This document shows positions 37,807 to 51,300 of a stretch of 64,000 nucleotides of DNA, in pieces. Below the pieces are notes generated by a model, which saw nothing but the letters and a program-made list of their open reading frames with translations, searched no databases and was not told where the DNA came from. How positions within the stretch are numbered: the first letter of the stretch is position 1; every line of letters starts with the position of its first letter. The position numbers were made by a program, and so were the translations under genes. The DNA is from Tubiluchus corallicola (Eukaryota > Animalia > Priapulida): the NCBI GenBank assembly GCA_030141605.1, contig JAQGDQ010000013.1, positions 194,458 through 258,457 of the forward strand. The letters are read 5' to 3'.

Positions 37807-40800
37807 CAGGGAAAGACTAAAAAATGTCTGAGTAAACCAGGTGATGATACTTATAGTTATGCTAAATAAGTTTTTAAAAATAACCTATCTATCTTTATTC
37901 TTTTAATGGGAAGCACTGCCCTGTACAGTTTAATGTCGCATAAGCGCAAATTCAACCTAGTTTACACATGAAGTTGATCTAGTGGAATCACAGCTACAGT
38001 GGCCGCCGCTTATTGTGGACACCTCGGGCCAGCAGTGTATGTCCATATTAAGCGAAGTGACCCATGAAGACCCTTCCCCTTCATTAAAAAAGGCAAAAAA
38101 CTGTCTGTATCAACTCGTCTCCTGTTTTATTGAAAAAAAGAAGTCAGACGAGTTTGTTTGGCAGGAAACTTTTCTCTCAACCTTGAACGGAAGGAAGTTA
38201 TCACAGTTTCGAAGCTCTCAAGGCCACGGCGAACTGACTGATGCAATGACTCACACAGGCAGCAGAGCGGGAAGCTCTTTTCAATCACGCGCGCAGGCCG
38301 TGGTTGGCACGGCTGGTTCACGTTATATGACCTTACGTTATAGGTTCGCTGTCCATATTAAGCGGCGGTTGTCCATATTAACCGGCGGATTTTATTAGGG
38401 GAAAATTCCGTCCCTCGCGAGTTGTCCACAATAACCGGCTGTCCACAATAACCGTGTCCATAATAAGCGGCGGCCACTGTATCAGGAAATAATTGTTTGT
38501 GACAAGAATAAGTGCAATTAATAAAAAATTCCATGGTATAGTGCCTTGATTAGTGGGTTGCTGCTAATGTACTGTCTAATTCGTTGAAATATTTATTGAT
38601 GTAATGAATAACAAAGACTATGTAAGGCAAGAGACATTTATTTCTGCTAATGAAACACGTAAATTAACTTGACAACCTCATAGAATAGCTTCATAACTCT
38701 CACAACAATCTCGTAAACACGTATTCTAGCATCTGCCAGCACGCCATCCATTGTTCACTAAAATGCAAAAACTGGACAACAGAACAATGCCTGACAATCA
38801 TTAATAGAGGGCAGTGCCATCCAATAAAGGTAAATTCAGTCAGGCAATTACGTGGCTCCCCTAAATTGACCAGACTGTATGGGCTATTTACATCAGCCTG
38901 TGACTAACGTACAACCAGTGATTGCCATAACTACAAAATTTGTCAGAACAAAGTTCAAGCTGGTTAAATTTGACTCCTAATTGTAAAGAGGCAACATAGC
39001 TGCATAGTAGAACATGTGTTTTGTCTCAAACAACATTAAACCAACAGGCAATCAAAACTCTGTATCCATTAAGATAAATACAACTTGTATGAACGTAAGC
39101 ATGGGCACAAGGCAAAGCGCAGATTTACTAAACTAGTAAATTCAACACAAACTGGAAAATGTCTGACTACATTACAAATTACTCAGAACTCAATGCTACT
39201 ATGACACTAAGATTTATATTAGTTGCTAAACAGTGCAATGTGAAATAAACTATAATCGTGACGAATTACATCTTCGGTGGGAACATATCAAGCAAAACCT
39301 GCGATGCTAGTAATGCTCATCATTCATTATATAATTCAATAATCATATAATATAATACTGAAATTATCTAATAATTGCTAGCTAACCATATCAGTGTTTG
39401 CGGAAATTTTACACACGTGATTAAATTTACTATAAGCAATGACAAATCAATAATTTATGTTCATAGACTTACTAATGTTCATATGACACAATCACAAACA
39501 GAGATTAAACTTGTTCGCAAATGAATTTCTGTTTCTAACACCAATCCAGCAGTTACTATATGCTTGTAATTTAATTGCAGAAATTGAGTACACAAATTCA
39601 AACAACAACATTTGGTATTCCAAGCATTACCATGGTCCAGATAGACTTAGTTTATTGCAGGCTCACGAATACAAATGGGTGATCAAATTTCTTTACAACT
39701 TAAACTAAATTCACATTATATTCGGGTTAACCTTAAATGTAATATAAAGTGTAAAGTCACTAACAGGAAACACCAAAACTGCACAGATTTAAGCAAAATA
39801 AGCTATTTTATTGAAAAACATTAAAGAAGTTTCATAGCAAGTGACTCATCAGCTAGAGGTGGTAATGTTACAGCTGGCTTACAAGAGGGAAGCCTCGATT
39901 GGGCAGAGGATAACAGTTAAGCAGTAATGCCTATGTCACAAGTAGGGTGTAACCATCATTCATGACAGAGGCAAATGTTTCCACAATTGAAGCCATAGTG
40001 CTCTTACAAAAGTAATTATGCATATTGCTCGCACTTACGCAATCACAGGTATCAGTACATGAACCTGACATGACTATTCAGTACATGTATGCTCCTTGAC
40101 GGGAACACCTCGGTAGTAAGTGAAAACCCATATAACAATAACATACAGTTGTACTAATGTGTACATCTTAACTTCGCATACTAATCTTGAGCTACCTTGA
40201 CTATTGCACCAAACCTGAGATTATTAGATCAATGCACATTGTATACCTCATGTTGTACGGCACATTCAATATACCAATTACAACAATTAACAATAGGTCT
40301 CTTACACTTGGATAGCTACATCTCAAAGAATCTCACTTCGCTTAAAGATATCACTCTTGGCATTGGAAGCCTGACGGAGCTCGCCATGGAGCACCGTAGG
40401 GCGTTTATCACAAATTGTACAAGTGCACCTGTTCTTGCATTGCTTAAAGGTATGGCCAGGAACTTGGTAGCCAAAACAAAGGTTGTGCATCTAAGCGAAG
40501 ATTTTGTGCAATTCAAAGGTTTTCTAAAGAAGGACTGGCACTCAGATAACTTGTATCCACCATTAAAAAAGCACTAGACTTGTAGGGTGTGATCTTGCTC
40601 ATGCCCCTTTGTGCTCATTATTTCAAATTTAAAATTGCCTTTTTCTGTGCTTCCCACTTGTGAGAACTGTTAGTGTTACTCCTTAGACATGAAGTCAATA
40701 ACATTTCACTGCACAAATTGTGAATATGAAATAATTTTACAATTTTGCATCTGAACTTTTTGAAACCAAAGAGTAATATATCATTATAGTTTGTCTAAAA

Positions 40801-42231
40801 ACCTAATATGCGAACAAAGTTACGTTAACATTAAGGCTATTTTTGGCAAGTAAGCCAGACAAAGCAGCTGGTCAAGCTTGGGTTGACAATATTCACTTCA
40901 AGCTTTTAAAAAATGTAATTCATAGTATTTACACAGGTAGAAAAAAATCAGACTTGGGTACCCTTTTCCTTATATCCGTCAGGTACTAGATTGTTAAGGT
41001 TCAGCGGCAGTGAAGAATTTGTAATCATTTACGTTTTTAATAAAAATAACCACTGGTACATTTCAACTAACTGCACTGTTATGTTAATAACAAGCATTCA
41101 GTTATTACACCCTGAGAGCCTGAACACACGATCTATGAGTCACAAAAGTTACTGTTTTCCCACACAAGTCATTTGACAGAGTTTTTCCCAGCCAGACTTC
41201 TTAATTACTTAATTGCATGCTTCGTCGTGAGACAGCTACGTCAGCCTACTAGGTACCGATGCTGAGTACTATTAATACAGCCTAGGGTTTAGGGGAATAA
41301 AATAATTATATTATCCTTTTTGTGTGCTGTTAAACTTAACAGTCCATTTATTCTTATCTTTGTTAATGGCCTGAAATAGCTTTTTAAAGATTGATAAACC
41401 ATTTCATTGGATAACTGACCTCTATACATAGTTGTGATGTATTTATGTACATACTTAGCATGAATGTGTGTTGTTACAAATGTTGGACAGTGTTCCCTCG
41501 CTACTACGCGGTTCGTTTATCGCGGACTCGCTGTTTCGCGGGTTTTCAAAAATATTAAAGTAAAATATTTATCGCTGTATTTTCGCTGTTTAGCTGGTTT
41601 TTGCGGTACTACTCATCTAGGCTTAAGAGTTTAAAACATTTTGATGAACATTTAAGTAAAGTTTTTTAAAAGGTACATGTACAGTATGGGAAAAGTTATT
41701 AAGGGAATGGGAAAGGGTTATGTATAAGAGTGTGGGAAGTGTTTATAAAGATTTAAAATAATGTATAACTACTAAAATAAGCATAGCAGCTCTACTTCGC
41801 GGAAATTCACTTATCGCAGGTGGGCCTGCGAGAAGTGAGGGAACACTGTAGTTTTGTTTGGACAAAACTCACTTAAAATACGGCTACTACTATGTGCCAT
41901 ATTGTCTTCAGCTGTCTCTGGCATGGAGGGATGTATCCACATATTCTTACAAGAAATTTTTGCCAGAATTTTCCGTCATTACTTTTTGGTGCACTGTTCA
42001 TGTAATGACATGTTTTTGTTTTTGAAGATGTGGTGAATAATAGTGCAACATTAACAAATGGAACTGCTGATAATGTGCATAACTTGTACTGGGAATGGGA
42101 AGACGATGGTAGCAAGTGGACAGCTTATTCAAGTAAACAATCAAAAGCTCTTAATGTTGCATATGAAAAAGGACAAAAAGAGGTTAGATAATGTTAGAAT
42201 AAACATTTTATGTTGTTATTAAACATTATTG

Positions 42232-42283
<52 letters not shown>

Positions 42284-42303
42284 CATCATCATCATCATCA
42301 TCA

Positions 42304-42362
<59 letters not shown>

Positions 42363-45300
42363 ACTTTCCATTAATTTGTCAGTAGCAAATCTAAAACAAA
42401 GTTGCAGACCCATGGGCCTCATTCATTTAGACACTGTCAGTTAGAGTAAAAGATTTATTTTTCTATTTAATTGTTTATACCAATCCATTATTAATTTAGC
42501 TATTAGTCTACTCGCCATAATGTCTATAATGTTTACTGTTAGATATTCACTTTGTGAAACAGGTTACATTAACAGCCGAAAACAAAACAAAATTTATGGT
42601 GAAATTTGAAAAGATGGTACAAAAACACAAGGGTACAGGTTGGGAGAGGCGCATTCGGTGTGTGCTAAAAAGCAAAGACGGAGGTAATTTTGTTTAACAT
42701 TACATGAAGATCAGTTAGTTTTCTGGCTGCAGAGCTAGTTTCTAATAAACTAAACTGAATATTCTTATTCAGAGTAGTGTTTTACACTGTAAAATCTTTT
42801 ATATTATAGTAAGGGTTTAGTTTGACTTTAAGTCTTCATTTTAATCTTATTTTAGTGCCAAAAATGTGACATTTTTTTTCTATAAACATTGTATGTATAC
42901 TTAACAAGGTTTATAATTTTTTTGGAAGCATATTATTACCAAAAGTGCACTCAGACTTGTTTTTAGTCATTGGTCATCTTTTTATCTAGTTTTGCAAAAT
43001 TTCCGCCAGATGCTGACTTCTATCATATTTGCTGAAACGTAGCTCAGAAGTAAAATTAGATAGAATAGAAAAGGAAACTGTTTACAATAATTTATTGTGT
43101 TGGTGAGTTTTTTGTGTTTATAGACTTATAGTCACTTAGTAAGTCTGTGTTCTATAGCACTAATTTGTTGCAGAAAAGTATAGTATTATGAGAATATGGT
43201 TAAATGGAACCATGGTTCTATATGTAACTTTTTTATAAACATGTTCATTAGCGCAGTCAATCGTTTCACGCAACTGTCGTTTTCAATGTTATAAATAAAG
43301 CCAAAACAAATAATTAGTACAATTGTGATATGTTTATTATGCACTAATGAACAACATGTTAATTTTTAGAGACTGGCTCTTTCATGTATTTTATAAACAC
43401 TTTGGCACAGTTTAGGCTGAAATCCACCATTCTATGCCAGGCTATATACAAACCAGGGCTGAAGTTTACAATTCCCCACACACAAGAAATTAGTTTGTGA
43501 AGAGGAGTAGGATTAGGGCTGGGGTTAGGGTTGACTTGGGGCTGGTGTTAGGGTTAATATTAGGGAATTTAAATTATGTGGGAGAATTTTAAACACCTTC
43601 CCAAAGCAAATGTTTATTTCACCGAATCCTGACTCATTGTCAAGAATGTTTCTGAAGTATAAGTGATTGAATCACCGGTAGAGATATCTCGACTATGTAT
43701 ATTGTAGGAGGTTAATAGTCATGATCAGTACGGCAAATGAAACTTCCCGGAGTAAGTATTGAAAGCAGGCAGCCATGAGTCATTCATCGCACATGTATTC
43801 ACTCGACTGTGAATCCTGCTATAAATGTAACAAGGATAGGCCTATATTTGTGGACATTTGTAGCATTACTGAAAAGTCAGAATAGCTTGTACAAAATTCT
43901 GTGTGTTTATCTCAGTATGTTTTATCTAAAGCCAAACCACTCTAAAATAATTCAATTTAGTTACTAGTGTTACAGATTACCTGTTCTGTTTTATGCTGAT
44001 CGTTAATGCTCTTTGAGTAGCGCTTATCTTGTGGATCTTCCCCTTCAACAGAAATGCAAATAAAATGGCGACTGGTGAAAGCAGTTTCTAACTTTGAACG
44101 TAATTGTACAAATGTAATTTTAACAGAACAGAGAGTGCTTATATTTTCTTGGGCCATATTTAAGTCACCGATACAAAGGAATCATGAAACTGTTGTCGTT
44201 AAGTGAGTTAATTTTGAATTTTTTTGATTTTTAGATTTGTACAGCTGGCAATGGCAAGATGAGAGGAAGCAATGGAATTGTTATGATGCTCCTGATTCCA
44301 TTCAACTGGAGCAGTGTTTGCTTGCCGGGGGTGGCGATGCTAGCACAGTTGTTTTGGGGAATGGATGCACGGTGGATGTAAAAAGCATGCAGCATTGTGA
44401 TTCTGAAGCTACATACAAAGTTCAACGAGTAAAATCTAGTATGGTCCTAGACATTTTAAAATCTGTGAGCGCGGAAGCTGATACATTCTTTACTCTAGCT
44501 GTAAAAACTTGCACTATAAATTAGAATGATTATGTTAATCATTTTTATGCCAGTTTTTGAGAAATCAAAATAATTCTTGATTTTTTTTTGCTTAGAAAAT
44601 CAGAACTTATTTGTTAGATGTACATCTTATTGTATGTTATTTTAGTTATACAATGTGCCACATATTTTCCAAGACCTTGGAAAAGCCGAGCTTGTTGAAT
44701 TGTTTTCATATTTGATTCAACTGTCTGTTCTTTTCTTGACTGTTTGAATGCTTCTTAAATTTAAATTTAAAATTTACTGTTAACTATATTGTCTATAAGT
44801 TTGTCTAAAACTTCTATTTATAAATTATGGTCAGTCAGTTCAAATGAAATTAACTTCTGCTACTTTTTAGATGGACAGTGAGTATGTTTATTAAACTTAT
44901 GTCATTGTATGACTGTAATAATTGCATTTTGGAAAACTAGTTAGATATGCATGCTTTATTAGGTGCACCTGCTCACACAGCATCAACCCCAGCTCCTGTA
45001 ACTCCCATTCCAGCCGGCGCTGTAGTAAGGAAGAGTGAACGTGCAAAGAAGAAAAAGAAGACTTATAACGATGACAATGATGCCGATGCTGAGGCTGGTA
45101 CGTAAATTGCTTTATTCTGTTAAGCATAAAAAAATCAGCATAAGTCTCAGTTTTCTTGTTTTTACTCGCTGCTAAGTAAAATGTGTTTGTGTGGTACGGA
45201 AAACAAGCTTTTGCTGTCAGTGCATTGTCGGGTATTAACATGGTTATTATTACCTACGACTAAGGTATTACAGTCGTTCAAGGTGTTGCACTCGCCAGTG

Positions 45301-48300
45301 CTATGAATAATCATGTAGGTGTTTACATATGACACTATACCACGCATGGAAAAGCTTGGCATTGCACCTAAAAGTTTCATTGGCAGTTGTGCAAGTGTTT
45401 GCTTATGCACTGGTGTGACTTGCATGATACCATAAAATTTTCAAGAAGCAAGTATTTGTGACGTCATACCTCGTATTATGTGTTATCTCGTATTTGGTAG
45501 TTGGGGGAAAACACTAGGGTAGTAGGATGGCATTGAACGTGGTAATGGAAAAAAGCTTACGCAACATCTACACTGTTACTTTATCATATCGAAATCATTG
45601 TGATCATCAAGCACCGACTTGAATAAACACTAGTGTGTACATGGAAAATAACCTGACTTCAGGACAACCCATTGTGAAAATGCGATCACGTCGAAGTTAA
45701 GTGAAAAAAAGTTTTTGCTGTGCAGATTTGGCCCGCGGGTTGGTTTCTGATTTAGCCAAATATTGGTATCTGCCTTGTAATTTATTATTGGATTAAAATG
45801 AATCAGTAGCTGCAGTTATCTAAAAATCTGGTATCACCCATCATGAGCAACTACAGAGAGGCACTCTGTTGAAATGTAAAAAATAATATTGAAATAATGA
45901 TAAGAATGTCATATTGTCATTCTTCCTATTCGAGTTATTACTTCTCAGTTAGCAGTCTTAGCAGTTTCATTTTTTGGTATTGTAATTTAAATTAGCCTAT
46001 AATGTAAACTAAAATTAGAGAAAGCAAACAACAAGGATGCAGTTCCATTGTTTTTATTGTCACTATTGCTAGTCAGTAAGGGTAACTGACTTTGTGACTT
46101 TTTTGTCAATTTGCTACCCTACCTCGTTGACTTTATATTTACTTTATTAACACATTTATTATTCTGTTTATGTTTATATATTTTTATACTTGTATTCATT
46201 CCTGAAATGTTACAGAGAAAAATAAACTCGATTTAATTGGTTGAGTACAGTTATCGATGAAATGCTTTGCTTCTGGTTTACACATAAGTATTGTGAATAT
46301 GGATTAAAGATTATCAGCAGTTGTTGGATTCTGTTCTTTGGCTTCCTAGATGATGATGAGGTTCCGGTGAAGAAGGCAAAGTCTCGAAAGAAACAGGAAA
46401 CTCAAGTTGCTGATAGCGGTGTGTTTTATAATATTGCTGTTGATATGTGCCAGTTTCTATGTTAGTGGATGTTGCCTTTTCAGTATTTTAGTTTTTATGT
46501 AGGTGATTTGCTTTAATTCAGTTGCTAAACAAAAACTGTTATTTTTAAATTCTGTATATTTTAGATGAAGATGTTTCAGTAAAAAAGCAAAAATTGTCGA
46601 AGAAACAGAAAGCAGTTGATAGCAAGGAAGATATAGAAGCTAATGGTAAGTATGTATTTTTTGTTTATGTTTTCAAACGAAGTGATAATGTCAAAGATCT
46701 TTAATTTTGAGGAATTGTGATTATGGACACTAATTTGCAATTGAAAATGATCAACCCTGCAATGTATGTTGTAGCTGGCACAAAGTGGCCCCAAAAAGGA
46801 TTTTGAAGTTAGGATCTGTGTTGTGTGACATGGGGAAAAACAAATAGAGTGTAATAGACCAATTACTATATTATTTTCTGCTTGCTGAGTATTTTGCTAA
46901 GCATTTTTGGCTTTTGTCTGCATGAAATGCACGTCTGAAATGTATATTATCAAGTATTTCGCTTACTAATACAGAAATTAGTTTAACATATGTTAGGTTT
47001 CTAAGGCTTAAGTTTTGCAGGTTGTATAGCTGTGTTGAACGGTTGCAGCCCAAATTGAAAATGCCTGCAATATACATATTTTATCGCAAGAGTTTTTATA
47101 CTACTTCTAGATGTTTGTTCATCTGCAGTGACTCCGTCATAATTATTTTTATAATATCCTATTTTTTCAAAGTTTTATCAATTTGGGCCTTTATTTCTGA
47201 TCACTGATTATTTTTTCAGTTGACCAGCGCAAGTTGATTACATTGCCAGCAGCATTTTCACCTTGTTTTCAGTAAATCCACAAAAATCTTGCGACAAATA
47301 TAGCTGTCAAAATAAGAGTACATGAAAACCACTGTTCGTGCTTTTGAGAAACCCTCTCATCCAAGCGGCAATGTCATTGAGGTAAAACCAAGTGATGTGG
47401 TGCTCCCTTTGTATAGTAACTTAGCATTTCGCGCCTATTCAAATGGGAAGGTTCGTATCAGCATGAACACATGGTTTTCATGTGCACCTACTTCTTCATA
47501 ACATAACTGAAAAAATAATTATACTCGATTACCTATTGAATCTGTACCATATCTGTTTAGTCTAGTTTGAAAGTGCAACCGATATCCACAACTACTATGA
47601 AACGAAACTTATCCCACTACATTTTCAGCCTGTAACTACTAGGTATATTTTGAATCAGATTAACAGGTTTAAAGTGTAGTGGAAATCGCGAGGATGCATT
47701 TTTTCACAAGTTCAGTTTGTTAATTATGGGAGAAAATGGGAATGGAAGGAAGCATTGAACTAGTGGTTACTAAATGTCGTTTTCTCTTTGTTGCAGTTAG
47801 GACTGTGATAGTGTCTGGGAAAGCTCCAGTTGATCCAGAATGTGTTGAAAAGCTGGGAAAGGTTCACGTTTATTATGAGAACAATGACATTTATGATGCT
47901 ATGCTGAATCAGGTTGGTGTTTTAATTTTTTTATATTTTACGTGATACTTTTTCAAGTTTAAGCAAATCAGATTTTTAGACAGCTACCTCTTTTCTAGTT
48001 TAGTGGGACTGGACTAGTTCCTAAGCGTGACATCATAGCTAATCAATGTTAGAAAATATTCCTTGTAGAAGTAGCTCTGAAGAAATACAGAACAACTCAT
48101 TACAGTTCTGTATGTAAGTAACTTCTGGCATTGAACAAAAAACTAATGAGGTGGGAAGATTTCTTGTTTTCAGAATAAACTTTAACCACATTTTGATAAT
48201 AAAAGGTGTCAGAAGTTACTCGGGCATTAATTATTTCTTTTATTATGAATGGAGAACTAAAGAGGAGCAGGCAAAAATTTATTTCTGCATTTGCCTGTAA

Positions 48301-51300
48301 TTGTTGATTAATTGTTGATGAATAATTTGCCTATCCTTGGTGATTATTGTCTGATGGACATTGACTTCTTCAACTGGCCATTTTACTTTTGCAGACGAAT
48401 TTGCAATGGAATAACAATAAATATTATATTCTGCAATTGCTGGAGGACGACAATTCAAAATCATATAATGTTTGGTTTCGATGGGGTCGGGTTGGTAAAA
48501 AAGGACAGAACAGCCTCATCCCATGTGGTCCAGACATGGAAAAAGCTAAATCTGTCTTCAAGAATAAGTATGACACATCATCTTTTTGCACTTCTTTTAT
48601 TTCGTTGTTGCTTTTAAGATTGTTTTAGCAGTGGGAGCAAAAGTCAGAATTTTTACTCATAAGATAACTGAGTTTTCTTAATTTTTGAGGCAGAATTTGG
48701 CTTCTCGTTAGTCAGTAATTTAAATGAAATTAAGAGCTCAGTTAATACATAATGTAAAGTAATATTTTTTGAAAGTTTGTTATTTTTCAAAAATTTGTGG
48801 ACTTTTGATTTTTGCTTACTCAAACATTCGACTTTTTTCATGTGTAGCTGTAAATGATTATAGCGTCTAATATGTTCTTTAAGAATTTTTCTGTATTATT
48901 TATTACATTTTATTTTTAATTTGAAACTCCCTTTTTCTCTTTTATTTCGATCTTTATCTTTCATATTGCAATAAATTGTGACTATTGAATAAGTAAACAT
49001 TTAGAACGTAATTATTTTTTATATTAATTTTTATTCGCATTCAGACATACAAAAGTTCAGAGTACAAACAAAGCAATAATTACTGGTTAGCTTTTTGTGG
49101 TGGAGAAGTGATCTAGTTTACATAATACAAGTTTGTTCTACCAACTATAGCAAAAATATTTTAACTGACGGTGTATGAATAAATTCTGCTGCTCCGAGCT
49201 CGGTATATATATATATACAAGGTGTTATCCGTAAATTTACTACTTCATGCGACAAAAATAACAAAACAGAGATTTTTTGCTATGTAAATGATTGACGAGA
49301 AGTTCAAAAAAAGAGAAAAAGGTCTTTGCTAATGCAAACCTTATTTTTGTAGATTTAAAGACAAAACCAAAAATGACTGGAACATGAGGAATGCATTTGT
49401 CAAAGTTCCTGGAAAATATGACCTTTTACAGATGGACTACAGTGTGGTAATTTGGGCAGTCTGATTTTGTTACTTGTAAACACTGTAAACCATAAAATTA
49501 GTGCGTGTTGGAAATGTTGGAATTTTGGGAGACGAGCCAGGTGCATACATTTTCAAATGCATGCATTACGCTAATTTTTAAATCGGTTTTGGAGCAGCAT
49601 TTTGACTTTATTTCAGTTTATAAATCATAAACTACTGGATAATGCTTGTACTAAGTTACCTGTGCAATCATAAGTGTTAGTGATTACTGATTAGGCAATG
49701 CATATTTCTTTTTCTCTTATCACAGCAACTTAAGCTACAACACGTTACTTGCCATAGCAGATGCTGGTAAAAGTGTTGATTCTTAAATAAGCTAGTTCAT
49801 TACTCCGCAGTATGTTTTACTGTGAAATGATTCCATGAATTTCTATCCATCTTTAATAGTTCGGTGGCTAAAAGCCATTTTTTGGCTGAACCTTGCACTT
49901 TCCGTGTAAGCTTTTTCTTGGCTGTTTTCCATGTTCTCATGGTCCCTTTCAAGAATATTTAGGGTGGCCCTTTGTCAGCTTTGAGCATTTTGAGATTTTG
50001 GACAGAAAAAGTTAACAATGGAAAAAGCATGTGCTGTGATATACCAAAACTATTATCTAGATTTTCATTGAGCAATGATCATTTCGACTATTGAAGCCAT
50101 TTTTGAACTATAAATCAAGCTAAAAAGAAGAATAAATAATATATAAATAAATAATAATAAACAATGTCCTGCTGGATTTAGTCTCTTGTCACTTTCACAT
50201 TGACATGCTGCTGGTCTCCCTTATTGTAGTTCCCACTTGTTGTAAATTGTGCAAAATGTAGAAGTTGTGTTTTATTCTTATAATGCTTACTGCTGTCGCT
50301 CTTCATTATGTAGACTTGTATTAATTGTTTGCCTGTTGTGTTCTTTTTTGGTTCTGGGTAATGTGTTCGGTAAAATTTTGTTCATTTCTCTTGCAATTTC
50401 TTCCGTTACAATCTAGTTTATTTTGATAAGTTGAATTCTAATCTGTAGTTTTCTAGTTTCAGTTTGTGCCTTTGTATTATTATTCTATTATTTATTCTTT
50501 TTGGCTTGATTTATAGTTTGATAATGACTTTATTAGCCGAAACGATCGTCGCTCAATAAATGTGTTGATTCCTAGAAGCTGGACAAAACTATTATGATTA
50601 GGCAAATGAAACTGACATTGACGTAGAATTAAATTGGTAGCTAGTTTTTGACATACAGAATTTAAAAATTGGTCTACGATACGTACATAATGCATTATAT
50701 GGGTACAGTAATTATTAGTTTTTGTAATAACTTAATATTGCTGTGTTAAGTTGAAGCGTGCTGCTTCGTAAAATTATAAGTGGTGTAGTTTAGAAAACAG
50801 CTAGAAATTTAGACATTTTTTCATGGGATTTGAGAAAACCATAATTATAATTGCATAAATTACCCCACAAATCACGCTTACTGTTTGGTTAATAGTGTAA
50901 GTATATAAGATAATGTAATATATCTATTTAATTGCTTTGAGTGATGTCTGATGAAATTATGAAAACATTAAACTTCTTTACTGTTCATAGTAATAGTTCA
51001 GTAGCCTAGTAATTAATTCTTTTTTTGTAATACGTAAAGATAAAATTGATTTCCCAAAGATATGAATCATACAGTGTCAATTGGTTCAGGAAGTTACATT
51101 AAGAGAGAGTTTTCCGGAGTGGACATTTTCCAGACTTTTCAAGGACATTTTGCTTGGCTGCTGCTGTACATTATCACATGTAACTTGTTTACTTCTGTGA
51201 TAACATAGCAGTATACCAGTCTAGTGGGTGAGCATGTTATGAATGCAGGCTAGCATCTCATAATGTGTTAGAAAGAATGAACACCTACTTCTGGAAATTA

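Noticed and set aside
37982-38398. 138-aa plus-strand ORF
   Set aside because: Lies almost wholly within the GC-richer MITE 37997-38479 and has no transposase or other motifs.
40197-40577. 126-aa plus-strand ORF
   Set aside because: Antisense to the decayed BEL/Pao gag remnant, which explains the open frame.
42219-42422. Poly-Asn/Asp ORF
   Set aside because: Microsatellite translation antisense within a PARP intron.
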